Shown here in pieces: positions 11,006 to 23,331 of a DNA stretch of 64,000 bases (positions within the stretch are counted from its first letter, which is position 1; each line of letters starts with the position of its first letter). Under the pieces are notes generated by a model that was not told where the DNA came from, did no database searches, and saw only the letters and a program-made list of their open reading frames with translations. This stretch comes from Scyliorhinus canicula (lineage: Eukaryota), in NCBI RefSeq assembly GCF_902713615.1, contig NC_052153.1, positions 9,683,569 to 9,747,568 on the forward strand, in the 5' to 3' direction. The translations under genes and the position numbers were made by a program.

Positions 11006-13887
11006 TTCAGCAGGGGCATGGGAACCTGGATTGTAGTTTTAGGGTACGGGAGATTGAGAGTATAGAGGTCAGGAGCACAGATTTGACTTCGCAGGAGGGT
11101 GCCAGTGTTCAGGTAGGTGGTTTGAAGTGTGTCTACTTCAATGCCAGGAGTATACGAAATAAGGTAGGGGAACTGGCAGCATGGGTTGGTACCTGGGACT
11201 TCGATGTTGTGGCCATTTCAGAGACATGGATAGAGCAGGGACAGGAATGGTTGTTGCAGGTTCCGGGGTTTAGGTGTTTTAGTAAGTTCAGAGAAGGGGG
11301 CAAAAGAGGGGGAGGTGTGGCGCTGCTAGTCAAGGACAGTATTACGGTGGCGGAAAGGATGCTAGATGGGGACTCTTCTTCTGAGGTAGTATGGGCTGAG
11401 GTTAGAACAGGAAAGGAGAGGTCACCCTGTTGGGAGTTTTCTATAGGCCACCTAATAGTTCTAGGGATGTAGAGGAAGGATGGCGAAGATGATTCTGGAA
11501 AAGAGCGAAAGTAACAGGGTAGTTGTTATGGGAGACTTTAACTTTCCAAACATTGACTGGAAAAGATATAGTTCGAGTACATTAGATGGGTCATTCTTTG
11601 TACAATGTGTGCAGGAGGGTTTCCTGACACAATATGTTGACAGGCCAACAAGAGGCGAGGCCACATTGGATTTGGTTTTGGGTAATGAACCAGGCCAGGT
11701 GTTAGATCTGGAGGTAGGTGAGCACTTTGGAAACAGTGACCACAATTCGGTGACCTTTACGTTAGTGATGGAAAGGGATAAGTATACCCCGCAGGGCAAG
11801 AGTTATAGCTGGGGGAAGGGCAATTATGATGCCATTAGACATGACTTAGGATGTGTTGGTTGGAGAAGTAGGCTGCAAGGGTTGGGCACACTGGATATGT
11901 GGAGTTTGTTCAAGGAACAGCTATTGCATGTTCTTGATAAGTACGTACCAGTCAGGCAGGGAGGAAGGGGTCGAGCGAGGGAACCGTGGTTTACCAAAGA
12001 AGTGGAATCTCTTGTTAAGAGGAAGAAGGAGGCCTATGTAAAGATGAGGCGTGAAGTTTCTGTTGGGGCGCTTGATATTTACAAGGAAGCGAGGAAGGAT
12101 CTAAAGAGAGAGCTGAGACGAGCAAGGAGGGGACATGAGAAGTCTTTGGCAGGTAGGATCAAGGAAAACCCAAAGCTTTCTATAGGTATGTCAGGAATAA
12201 AAGAATGACTAGGGTAAGAGTAGGGCCAGTCAAGGACAGTGGTGGGAAGTTGTGTGTGGAGGCTGAGGAGATAAGCGAGATACTAAATGAATACTTTTCG
12301 TCAGTATTCACTCAAGAAAAAGATAATATTGTGGAGGAGAATGCTGAGACCCAGGCTATTAGAATAGATGGCATTGAGGTGCGTAGGGAAGAAGTGTTGG
12401 CAATTCTGGACAAGGTGAAAATAGATAAGTCCCCGGGGCCGGATGGGATTTATCCTAGGATTCTCTGGGAAGCCAGGGAAGAGATTGCTGAGCCTTTGGC
12501 TTTGATTTTTAGGTCATCATTGGCTACAGGAATAGTGCCAGAGGACTGGAGGATAGCAAATGTGGTCCCTTTGTTCAAGAAGGGGAGTAGAGATAACCCC
12601 GGTAACTATAGGCCGGTGAGCCTAACGTCTGTGGTGGGTAAAGTCTTGGAGAGGATTATAAAAGATACGATTTATAATCATCTAGATAGGAATAATATGA
12701 TTAGGGACAGTCAGCATGGTTTTGTGAAGGGTAGGTCATGCCTCACAAACCTTATCGAGTTCTTTGAGAAGGTGACTGAACAGGTAGACGAGGGTAGAGC
12801 AGTTGATGTGGTGTATATGGATTTCAGTAAAGCGTTTGATAAGGTTCCCCACGGTCGTCTATTGCAGAAAATACGGAGGCTGGGGATTGAGGGTGATTTA
12901 GAGATGTGGATCAGAAATTGGCTAGTTGAAAGAAGACAGAGAGTGGTAGTTGATGGGAAATGTTCAGAATGGAGTTCAGTTACGAGTGGCGTACCACAAG
13001 GATCTGTTCTGGGGCCGTTGCTGTTTGTCATTTTTATAAATGACCTAGAGGAGGGCGCAGAAGGATGGGTGAGTAAATTTGCAGACGACACTAAAGTCGG
13101 TGGAGTTGTAGACAGTGCGGAAGGATGTTGCAGGTTACAGAGGGACATAGATAGGCTGCAGAGCTGGGCTGAGAGGTGGCAAATGGAGTTTAATGTGGAG
13201 AAGTGTGAGGTGATTCACTTTGGAAAGAATAACAGAAATGCGGAATATTTGGCTAATGGTAAAATTCTTGGTAGTGTGGATGAGCAGAGGGATCTCGGTG
13301 TCCATGTACATAGATCCCTGAAAGTTGCCACCCAGGTTGATAGGGTTGTGAAGAAGGCGTATGGTGTGTTGGCCTTTATTGGTAGAGGGATTGAGTTCCG
13401 GAGCCATGAGGTCATGTTGCAGTTGTACAAAACTCTAGTACGGCCGCATTTGGAGTATTGCGTACAGTTCTGGTCGCCTCATTATAGGAAGGACGTGGAA
13501 GCTTTGGAACGGGTGCAGAGGAGATTTACCAGGATGTTGCCAGGTATGGAGGGAAAATCTTATGAGGAAAGGCTGATGGACTTGAGGTTGTTTTCGTTAG
13601 AGAGAAGAAGGTTAAGAGGTGACTTAATAGAGGCATACAAAATGATCAGAGGGTTAGATAGGGTGGACAGCGAGAGCCTTCTCCCGCGGATGGAGGTGGC
13701 TAGCACGAGGGGACATAGCCTTAAATTGAGGGGTAATAGATATAGGACAGAGGTCAGAGGTGGGTTTTTTACGCAAAGAGTGGTGAGGCCGTGGAATGCC
13801 CTACCTGCAACAGTAGTGAACATGCCAACATTGAGGGCATTTAAAAATTTATTGGATAAGCATATGGATGATAAGGGCATAGTGTAG
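10987..13887 (+). CDS. CR1 ORF2p: APE endonuclease and reverse transcriptase, split by three 1-nt deletions
   Basis: FNARS, SETW, FYRPP, GDFN, SDHN endonuclease motifs; YRPVSL, QHGF, DFSKAFD, GVPQGSVLGP, FADD RT motifs; shifts near 11406, 11476, 12172. Confidence 0.93.
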
Positions 13888-14896
13888 GTTAGATGGCCTT
13901 TAGATTTTTTCCATGTCGGTGCAACATCGAGGGCCGAAGGGCCTGTACTGCACTGTATCGTTCTATGTTCTATGTTCTAAGGTGGGATGGTCTCCTTCTG
14001 TCACTGGCGGGTTGGTACAGACGGTTAAAATGAATGTGTTGCTGCGATTTCTGTTTATTTTTCAATGCCTACCGATTTTCCTGCCAAAGGCTTTTTTCAG
14101 AGAGATTGAGGGAAGGATTACTTCGTTCATACGGGGAGGGAAGATGGCCAGAGTTAGAAGGGTGCTCCTACAGAGGGGAAGGCAGGCAGGGGGTTTGGGT
14201 CTTCCGGACCTGATGTATTACTACTGGATGGCAAATGTGGAGAAGGTGCGGAGCTGGGAGAGAGGGGTTGATTCCCAGTGGGTCAGGATGGAGGAAAGTT
14301 TGTGCAGGGGGTGGGGATTGAAAGCACTAGCAACAGCGCTGCTCCAGATAGCTCCGGGGAAATACTCAGGGAGTCCGGTAATAATAGCTTCATTGAGAAT
14401 TTGGAGGCAGTTTCGCCAACACTTCAGATTGGGGGCAGGGTCAAGGGAAATGCTGATTCAAGGGAACCACAGATTTGAGCCAGGGAGGTGGGATGGAAAT
14501 TTTCGGAAATAGGAGGAGAAGGGGATTAAGACACTAAAAGATTTGTTTCTTAGCGGTCGGTTTGCAGGTCTGAAGGAGCTGGAAGTGAAGTATGGGCTGG
14601 AGCAGGGGGAAATGTTTAGGTACATACATGTTCGAGATTTTGCCAGAAAGGAGATACAGAGCTTCCCAGTGGAGCCAGCTTCCACATTGCTGGAGGAGGT
14701 GCTGACGACAGAGAGACTGGAAAAGGGGGGTAGTGTCAGCCATTTACGGAGCTATTTTGGAAGAGGACAAGGCACCACTGGAAGGGATCAAAGCAAAGTG
14801 GGAGAGAAGAGTTGGGAGGGGATATGGAGGGGGAATTCTGGTGTGAGGTGCTCCAGAGTAAATGCCTCCACCTCGTGCGCAAGGTTGGGGCTGATA

Positions 14897-15412
14897 AAGA
14901 GGCCGGTGTGCTGGCCTTTGCGTCCCTAGTAGCCCGGCGAAGGATCTTGCTACAATGGAAGGATGCGAGGCCCCCAAGCGTGGAGACCTGGATCAATGAC
15001 ATGGCGGGTTTCATTAAGCTAGAGAAGATCAAATTCGCCCTGAGAGGGTCGGTACAAGGGTTCTTTAGGCGGTGGCAACCTTTTCTCGACTTTCTGGCTC
15101 AACGATAGGGTACGGGGACAGTAGCAGCAGCAACCCGGGGGGGTGGGGGGGGGGAAGGGGGAGGGAAAAGGTGTGTGTGTGTGTGTGGGGGGGGGGGGCG
15201 GCGGACGATGACTATGTTTGTTTATTTAATTTAAATTTATTTTTAAGTTCTTCTGTTGTTCATTGGGGTTGGGGGGGGTGGGGGATGGGATACATGCGTC
15301 GATACGGTCTGGGGGTGATAGTTATTATGGGTTATTTTGTTGCATTTCATTGTTTGTCGTTAAGTTTTATATTTTCTGTAAAAAATTCCAATAAAAATTA
15401 TATTTTAAAAAA
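14897..15412 (+). mobile_element. L1-like 3' fragment nested in the L1-like host
   Basis: LAFASLVARRRILLQWK...LEKIKF...WQPF; AATAAA and poly(A); 16-bp TSD AAGGTTGGGGCTGATA at 14881-14896 and 15413-15428. Confidence 0.88.
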
Positions 15413-16277
15413 AAGGTTGGGGCTGATACAGCTGAAGGTGGTATACGGAGCATACCTCACGAGGGAAAGGATGAGCCAATTCTTTGAAGGAGTAGAAGAT
15501 GTGCGAGCGTTGCACGGGGGGAACACCCCGCTAATCACGTTTATATGTTTTGGTCCTGTCCAAAGCTAGAGGATTACTGGAGGGGGTTTTTAGGGTAATT
15601 TCTAAAGTGATGCACGTGAAACTGGACCCGGGTCCCCGGGAGGCCATATTCGGGGTGTCGGACCAGCCAGAGTTGGAAATGGGTGTGGAGGCAGATATCG
15701 TAGCCTTCGCCTCGTTGATCGCCCAAAGGCGGATCCTGATGGGTTGGAGATCAGCCTCTCCACCCTGTGCCCTGGCGTGGTGGGGGGACCAGATGGAATT
15801 CTTGACTCTTGAGAAGGTGAAGTTTGAACTGAGGGGAAGGATGGAGGGGTTCTTCAATTCAGGGGCATTATTCATCATGCACTTTCAAGAACTGGATAAC
15901 ATCGAACATTAGTTTGGGGGGGGGGGGGGGTGTTAATGGTGACTATGGGTGATTCCTGAATCCTTTTGTTTGGGGTTTGGTGGGAGGATGAGATCGTTGT
16001 TATTGATATGGGGATTGACATATTTGTTACTGATTATTGTTTATTGTTGGTGGGTGTAAATTTGGGAGAAAATGTGAAAAAGGAGAATAAAAAATATTTT
16101 AAAAAAAGAATATAGATTGTTGCAATGTTTATCACTGCAATTAAAAATTCCAAAATTAGCAATGCACACCTACTTATTCTAAAGTTCACCAATATATTTC
16201 AGGCGGTTTTTAAAAAGGTTGATGCCAGCGAGTGACTTTGTTAAAAGACATTTCAAGTTGGGAAAGATCAAACTTAC

Positions 16278-16394
16278 TTGTATTCAAAATTCAAACTGGG
16301 GAACTTGGCCAACAAGGCTTCATAAGACTCTCTCAGTTATTCACAGTTCGTGACAATTCTCGACGCTGGTCCAAAAGCTTCTCCTCTTTGCCAT
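16278..16394 (-). CDS. SMC2: SMC2 coding exon 11 (apparent 1-nt deletion near 16337)
   Basis: DGKEEKLLDQRRELSRTVN-[frameshift]-LRESYEALLAKFPSLNFEYK; 117 nt where the flanking exon phases need 118. Confidence 0.9.
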
Positions 16395-16574
16395 CTTTAG
16401 GAGAAGAAAAAAAATGTTAAAACTCTAATTCTTCTGTTTACATATTATTGACCACACAAATCGATTTCAGGTTTATTAGAAATCACAGCTAAAGGATGAC
16501 TTGTCAATTGGAATTGACATACTAATGGAATCTACAGATACATTTTAAATACTGCCAATATGACCACTTCTTAG

Positions 16575-17710
16575 CATATAGGTGAGGGTGAGTGTGACTA
16601 CCTTTGCCATCAATGCAACATTTGACAGAGTATGGCATCAAGGAACCCCAGCAAAACTGGATTCAATGGGAATAAGGGTGAAAACCCTCTGCTAGTTGGA
16701 GTCATACCTGGCACAAAGGAAGATGGTTCTGGTTGTTGGAGGTCAATGAGCTCAGCTCCAAGACATTAGTCTGGAGTTCATGATTGTAGTGTCCTAGGCC
16801 CAACCATCTTCAGCTGTTTCATCAATGATCTTCCTTCCATCATAAGGTCAGAAGTGGGAATGTTTGCTGATGACTGCATAATTTTCAGTAACATTTGTGA
16901 CTCCTCAGATACTGAAGCTGTCCATGTCCAAATGCACCAAGACCTGGACAATATCCAGGCTTGGCCTGACAAGTGGCAAGTAACATTCATGCCACACGAG
17001 TGCCAGGCAATGGCCATCTCCAACAAAAGAGGATCTAACCACCACCCTTGACATTCAATGGCATTACCATCACTGAATCCCCCACAATCAACATCCTGGG
17101 GGTTACCATTGATCAGAAACTGAACTGGACTAGTCATAAATGTTGTGGCTACCATAGCAGGTCAAAGGCTAGGAAATCTGTAGCAAGTAACTCACCTCCT
17201 AACTCCCCAAAGCCTGCCCTCCATCTACAAGGCACAAGTCAGAAGTGTTATGGAATATTCTCCACTTGCCTGGCTCCAACAACACTCCAGAAGCTTGACA
17301 CCATCCAGGACAAAACAACCCATTTGATTGCTCCCCTTTACATAAACATTCAATCTCCCTATCACCAACGAGCAGTGGCAAGTATGTACACCATGTACAA
17401 GATACACTGCAGGAACGTACCAAGGTTCCTTAGGCATATCTTCCAAACCCATGACTACTACCATCTAGAAGGACAAGAGTAACAGATATCTGGGAACCCC
17501 AACACCTGGATGTTCCCTGCCTAGCCACTCACTCTCCCAGCTTGGAAATATATTGCTGTTCCTTTTACATTTGCTGGGTCAAATTCCCTCCCTAATAGTA
17601 TTGTGGGTGTACCTACACCTCAGGGACTGCAGTGGTTCAATAAGGCAGTTCATCATCACCTTCTCAAGGGCAACTAGGGTTGGGCAATAAATACTGGTCT
17701 AGCCAGCGAT
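16575..17710 (+). mobile_element. Decayed LINE RT 3' fragment (CR1/L2 group, distinct family)
   Basis: SVLGP, FADD, W.DKWQVTF, ILGVTIDQKLNW; related minus-strand pieces near 28140-28390, 28865-29380, 30985-31380, 42010-42385. Confidence 0.8.
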
Positions 17711-17863
17711 ATCAATTTAACAGGACAAGATTAAATTGAATTTCGAAACAAATTGAAAAGTCATTACAAAACAAAATGAGAGTAGCACAAATAATATTTA
17801 TCTGTGACAGGATCAGTTTGTCAAAATTGATACAATACTATCACATTCAAAAACGGTACAAAC

Positions 17864-18023
17864 CGTCATAATTCAGTTTCTGCATTTCTGATTCTAGCTT
17901 TTCTCTGTTCTTTTTAACAGCTTCAAAAGCATCTTGGTTTTTCTTGTAACTACCGTCCACCTTTTTCACTTCTGTCTGCTTGGTTTTCAATTCCTGCTGG
18001 GCATGTTTCAATTTCATCTGAGC
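17864..18023 (-). CDS. SMC2: SMC2 coding exon 10
   Basis: [38 protein letters not shown]...KLNYD; 160 nt; AG/GT. Confidence 0.94.
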
Positions 18024-18194
18024 CTACATCAGAACAGTAGAACATCAAAATAAATTGGTAATATTTGTGCTGAGAAAAAAAGTTAACTTAGTTTGGCAAT
18101 AACTGTAATCGTTACATATATGACTTCTAAGTATAGATTGCCACCTCTCCTGTACTTTCATCAGACCAAGAAATTTTAGAAACAAAACTAAAAT

Positions 18195-18480
18195 GCTGCA
18201 CGGTAGCATAATGATTAGCATTATGGCTTCACAGTGCCAGGTTCGATTCCCGGCTTGGGTCACTATGTGTGGAGTCTGCACGTTCTCCCTGTCTGCGTGG
18301 GTTTCCTCCGGCTGCTCCGGTTTCCTCCCACAAGTCCTGAAAGACGGGCTATTAGGTAATTTTGACATTCTGAATTCTCCCCGTGTACCAGATCAGGCGC
18401 CGGAATGAGGCGACTAGGGGCTTTTCACAGTGTTGCAGTGTTAATGTAAGTCTACATTAGGCAATAAAGATTATTATTAG
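18195..18480 (+). mobile_element. V-SINE with (ATT)n tail
   Basis: Same structure as 4768-5075. Confidence 0.8.
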
Positions 18481-18996
18481 ACAATAAACATCTCAAAATA
18501 GCTTTCATTATGGACTATGGCAAGCAGACTTTTGAAAAATTGGAACCCCTAGATAGCCAGCAGTTTCTGGAAATGATGAGCTTCTACTGCCCCTGTTTTA
18601 AATCTCAGCATCAATAACGTGATACTAAAACATTGGTACAGAGAGAGAGGATTTGAAAACAAGAATCAGAATTCAAAAATCTAAATATTACCTAAATATT
18701 CAATTTTAATGTGCATTTTAAATTTAAAAACCATATCAGTGTAATTTTCTTTGCCACATTCATTTTTAGCAAATGCCACTTTTAACAAATCAGGAGGTTG
18801 AACATCAGTTTTATCTCAGTAGAGCAAGTGTAATACAATTTTCAGACTGACGTTCTGCAGCATGGTACAGAGGAAGAAACAAACTTCAACATTTGCATTT
18901 AAAGGATTACATTTATATGTATCATTTATTGTAGCACCAGTAGCAACCTTCGCTTCAAGCTATAAGCAGTCTCAAAACATAGCACGAATTACAAAC

Positions 18997-19230
18997 CTGC
19001 TTGGCTTCTGTTTCGGCTTTGCTGATGTCATTCTTGCAAGCCATCATCTGTCCAGCAAGAGTAGCTGCCTCTCCATCTTCATTACTGGAGAGACCAGCAG
19101 AAACTGCATTGAAGTGCTGCTGAGCAGCTTCCAGAGTCTTGTCATCTTTCTGACTAGTCTCCTGTAGAGAGTTCAGTTCATCAGAGATCTTCTTCACTTC
19201 CTTTTCCTTGGCTGCAAGAGTATTACCATC
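18997..19230 (-). CDS. SMC2: SMC2 coding exon 9
   Basis: [14 protein letters not shown]...[44 protein letters not shown]; 234 nt. Confidence 0.95.
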
Positions 19231-19728
19231 CTAAATAAAAGAGAGATGCTAATTGATCAAGGTGCAAAAAATTGTGCAAGAGTTGACACTTTTACATTTG
19301 TGCGTGATGCTTTTGCAGTGATATAGATTAGATGTTCAAGCATAAGAGCCAGCAGACATAGAATTGAAAACTTGACTGCTACCGAGAGTTTAACAAATGA
19401 CAACAACATTTTAAATTTGATTAAAATATCAATTCAATCACTCAATCCAGTGACACACAGAAAACCCAACTTGCAAATTTTACAGATTGTGAAATGCTGC
19501 CCTCAACAGGCATTCAAACTCTCAAAACGAAGTGGCTTTGAACAAAGCAACTACATTAGGAAATGCGCTTTGAAAAAATAAATTTACCAGTATACTTCAA
19601 GACTACGGAAAGGTGCTGAGGGGGTGGCAGAGAGCAAAGTGTAAAAACATATATCGACATAAAATCAAGGGCAGTTTCAAAAGTTCTACTCCATCAACCA
19701 CCAGGATTTATTTTAACGATTACCTCAC

Positions 19729-19878
19729 CTCCTCCATACTTTTGACGAGCGTTTTCAGTTTTTTTTCTTCAGCTTTGAGGCTGTCTTTCTTAGAATCATA
19801 TGTACTTTGCACTTTGGCATCCATACGGTGGGCATTAGCAACTGCTTGCTCCAGGGACTGAAGCACTCCGCCAACTTT
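19729..19878 (-). CDS. SMC2: SMC2 coding exon 8
   Basis: KVGGVLQSLEQAVANAHRMDAKVQ...KSMEE; 150 nt; AG/GT. Confidence 0.92.
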
Positions 19879-20310
19879 CTGCAAGACAACAAATCCTTAC
19901 TACGAGCTATGCAAATGAAACAGAGAATCAGTGTAAACCTCTCTGTCTCTATTGAAAAAAAGTGAAGAACAGGAGCAACATTTTACATGCGTTTGATTAG
20001 CCAATGAAAGTAATTGGAGAAAAGACTGTAATCTAGATGTAGGGAGAGGCGAATCAACGCCTTGCAACTGGGAGCATCCAACTGTGTCCGAATTTAAATG
20101 CTTCCTGCTTAGCCAGTAATCCCAAAAAACAAAACAAATCAATGCCGAGTTTCTACATCAGTTGGATCTTCTTATTAAGTGCAATTTTCAACAGGAACTG
20201 GCCAAGTGCGCAAGCAAAATGTAGGTGCCATCTATCATCGGGACAAACACTTTGCAGAACATGAGCCGATCATAATGAAAGCGTAACAGTGCTTTGCGAC
20301 TAGTGTGTAC

Positions 20311-20544
20311 CTCATCTCGGATTTTCTCCAACTCAGACACTTCTTTGCTGATTGCCTTCATTTTCTTTTCACAGTCTGCATTGGTTTCTTGGAGTTGGGT
20401 GATGTTGTCTTGCATCTTCTTCAGATCTTCAGCAGAGCGCAACTTGGTGTCCTCGGCGCAAACAAACTGATATGCCACATATAGACGGGTAAGATGCTCG
20501 ATCTCACGGGTTATCTTCTGGAATTCCAAGTATGAGGATCTTTC
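20311..20544 (-). CDS. SMC2: SMC2 coding exon 7 (coiled coil)
   Basis: [27 protein letters not shown]...ELEKIRDE; 234 nt; AG/GT. Confidence 0.95.
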
Positions 20545-22068
20545 CTACCAGTAACAAGATAATAACAATCAGAATGGAGTACTTTACTCAGATGGTTAAG
20601 AATCAAATAACCTGTTACGGGTGGCAAATTCTGGAATTAAAATATTAATTCAAATTACTTAAATGAGTGACCTACAGAAATGCTGATTTGTAAACTTTAC
20701 CACACGCTCACAGATCTTAAAATTTGTTTAAAATTACAGTTCAATCCAAACCTCCCCTGTCCATACCCTAACTTGCAATAAGTCCCATTCATCCATAAGT
20801 CCTCTGCTTGCTGCCCTAGATCGACTCTCCCCAGTTTTAAAACTCGTACCCCCAAACCCTCCGTGGCCTCACGTCTCCCTATTTCTGCAAAATCTTCCAG
20901 CTTTACAACCCTCCGAGATCTCTGCGCTTGTCCAATTCTGGCATTTTGAGCATCTATATTTTCACCACTCCACCAGTGCTGACCGTGCCTCTGCTGCCCA
21001 GACTCTACCCTCCAGAATTCCCTTTAAGCTTCTTCTTCTCTCTGCTCCTGTAAAACACTCCTCCAAGTTTATCTCTTTGACAAAACTTTTGGCCACCAGC
21101 AGGTTAGGTGGATTGTCCAAAAAGGTTAGGTGGGGTTACGGGGTAGGGTGGAGGTGCTGGCTTAAGTGGGGTGCTCTTTCCAAGGGCAGATGCAGACTCG
21201 ATGGGCCGAATGACCCCCTTCTGCACTGTAAATTCTATGATTCTATAATATCTGGTTCTGTGGCTTGGTGTCAAACATTCGTTGATAATCGTTCCTGTGA
21301 AAAGCCCTGAGACGTTTATATAAATTTTGTTTTATAATGAAGATTAGCTCTCAGGAGTTTAAGAGTTTCTAAAAAAAAAAATCAAGAATCTAAAGTCCAG
21401 CATTTCAATCCAGTCAGGCATGAATAACTGTCTAATTTTGTGGTGCCTCTGTAAACAATCTCCACAGGACTTTCTCCCAGCTCCATCCACCTTCTCCAAT
21501 AAAAACAGAAAATGCTGGGTATACTCAGTAGGTCTGGCAGCATCTGTGCAGAGAAACAGAGTTAATGTTTCGAATCTAAATGATCGTTCTACAGAACTGA
21601 AGCAAGCATTGATATTCTCTCCTCTTTGGAGTACAGTTGCAGAGACTCTGGTTGTCTTCCATGTCTTCTAGAATCTTCCTTAAGGGTTAAACATTCACAA
21701 GAAAGCCTTGACAATCAGTGTCAGCATCTAAACAACACCGACCATCACAGCAGAGTTCAGTCCAGTCCTCATACAACTTTCACAGACACGGATTTCCAGG
21801 AAGAGGAACTAGATAGCAATTAACAGCAACAGCCGTGACCATTTTTTCATTCCTTAACCTAGGAGTGTCTCAACCCAACTGCAGTCACCTCATCCCCATC
21901 AAACTCAAATTCGGGTAAATGAATGTGAACATGATAATTCTTCCATGTACTGCTCAACTAATGCTGGGCAAATTAATTAAGGTTATAATGCAAAGAAATA
22001 CATCAACAAATTATTTAAAAAGTAATTAAAATTCAAAGTCTTAAGGAAATGGACGATGCAGACTTGAG

Positions 22069-22677
22069 GGGCGGCATTCTCCTCTACCCGGCGTAGGGGA
22101 GTGGCGCCAACCACTCCGGCGCGGGCCTCCCCAAAGGTGCGGAATTCTCCGCATCTTTGGGAGCTAGGCCCACGCCGGAGCGGTTGGCACCACGCCGACT
22201 GGCGCCAAAACCAGCACCAGTGGCCTTTCAGGCCTGCCGCAAGGCCTTCGCCGGTTCGCGCATGCGCGCTGGGGGATTCTCTTCTGCCTCCGCCATGGCG
22301 GAGGCCGTGGCGGCGGCTTAAGAGAAAGAGTGCCCCCACGGCACTGGCCCGCCTGGCGATCGGTGGGCCCCGATCGCGGGCCATGCCACCGTGGGGGCGC
22401 CCCCCCAGGACCCCGCTCACGCCGCCGATCCCGCCGCCACCAGAGGTGGTTCAAACTTCGGCGGCAGGAGAGGCCTCCCAGCGGCGGGATTTCGGCCCAT
22501 AGCGGGCCGGAGAATCACCACAGGGGCCTTGCCGAACGGCGCGGACATCACGCCGATCAGCGTGGGGTGATTCCCGCCCCTGCCAATTCCCGGGTGGCGG
22601 AGAATTTCTGCCACGGCGGGATTTTCGGCGGCCCCGGGCAATTCTCTGACCTTGCTGCGGGTCGGAGAATTTCGCCC
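22069..22677. mobile_element. CpG-rich MITE, PIF/Harbinger-like
   Basis: Imperfect TIRs GGGCGGCATTCTCC / GGAGAATTTCGCCC; 3-bp TSD GAG; paralog at 29547. Confidence 0.8.
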
Positions 22678-23331
22678 GAGGTGTGAAAGCAGCACCTGTA
22701 GCATTTGGGATGATATTTTAAGTTTCTTGACACCATTATGATATGCTCAGCTGTAGTTTTTAAAATATATTTTTAAGATTACTTTCTTCCCCCATTTGTT
22801 TATAACAATAAATGCAACAAATAACAGAAGAATTGATGCAAAAATGGTACAGACAGAATAAGAGTTTTGCCTGCATAAATAGAAGCAAAAGCTGACAGAT
22901 CAGATTGAGAACAGGTCAGCTGAGGAACGAGAGACTCGAGTTTAAATGCCAGATCAATCCAACAATGAGATACCATAGTGAATGGGGAAAAGAGAACAAG
23001 AGGGTAAGAAGGAGACATTTCTGAACATGTCTCCCAGCCTACAAATGCCTCTATCTCTCCAGGTATTGAATGCTCAGCGGTAGTTGATTACAGGCTGCCT
23101 CAATGAGGAATTCTACAGGAAGGAAAGCAGAACAGCATCCTGATGGGAAAAATAACATTAGAAAAGCAGATTTTCCATTCCTGATTGAATGAAATGGAAA
23201 GTAATTAGGATTTGAGTGTCCAGGGGTCCTTCAGGTACTTGGTTAAATTCAGAGATTATATAGCAACTGTCAAAAAGACAGATTATTACCTTCTTTTCCA
23301 AATAGGGAAGCCATTAATTATACATACCTCT

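Larger units (their letters stand above)
9229..13978 (+). mobile_element. Full-length young CR1-clade LINE
   Basis: Tandem-repeat 5' UTR, esterase ORF1, APE+RT ORF2, 3' hairpin GGGCCGAAGGGCC and (TTCTATG)n tail; AAGG at both junctions; interrupts an L1-like reading frame. Confidence 0.96.
9081..16108 (+). mobile_element. 5'-truncated L1/Tx1-like LINE hosting the CR1 and a second L1 fragment
   Basis: YLGV, LSLAG..VKMNVL.RFLFIFQCLP and GGLGLPD motifs; AATAAA with A-rich tail; 14-bp TSD AATATAGATTGTTG at 9067-9080 and 16109-16122. Confidence 0.88.

Noticed and set aside
16278-16394. SMC2 as a pseudogene
   Set aside because: The 15 other exons, their splice sites and the promoter are intact; a single homopolymer indel fits an assembly error better.
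19720-19730. Tandem donors GAG|GTGAG|GTAATC at SMC2 coding exon 8
   Set aside because: The second donor is out of frame (+5) and such overlaps are common; no evidence of use.
21983-22704. Cluster of overlapping GC-rich ORFs (also 29465-30256)
   Set aside because: Stop-poor GC-rich MITE sequence with TIRs and TSDs; no recognisable domain.
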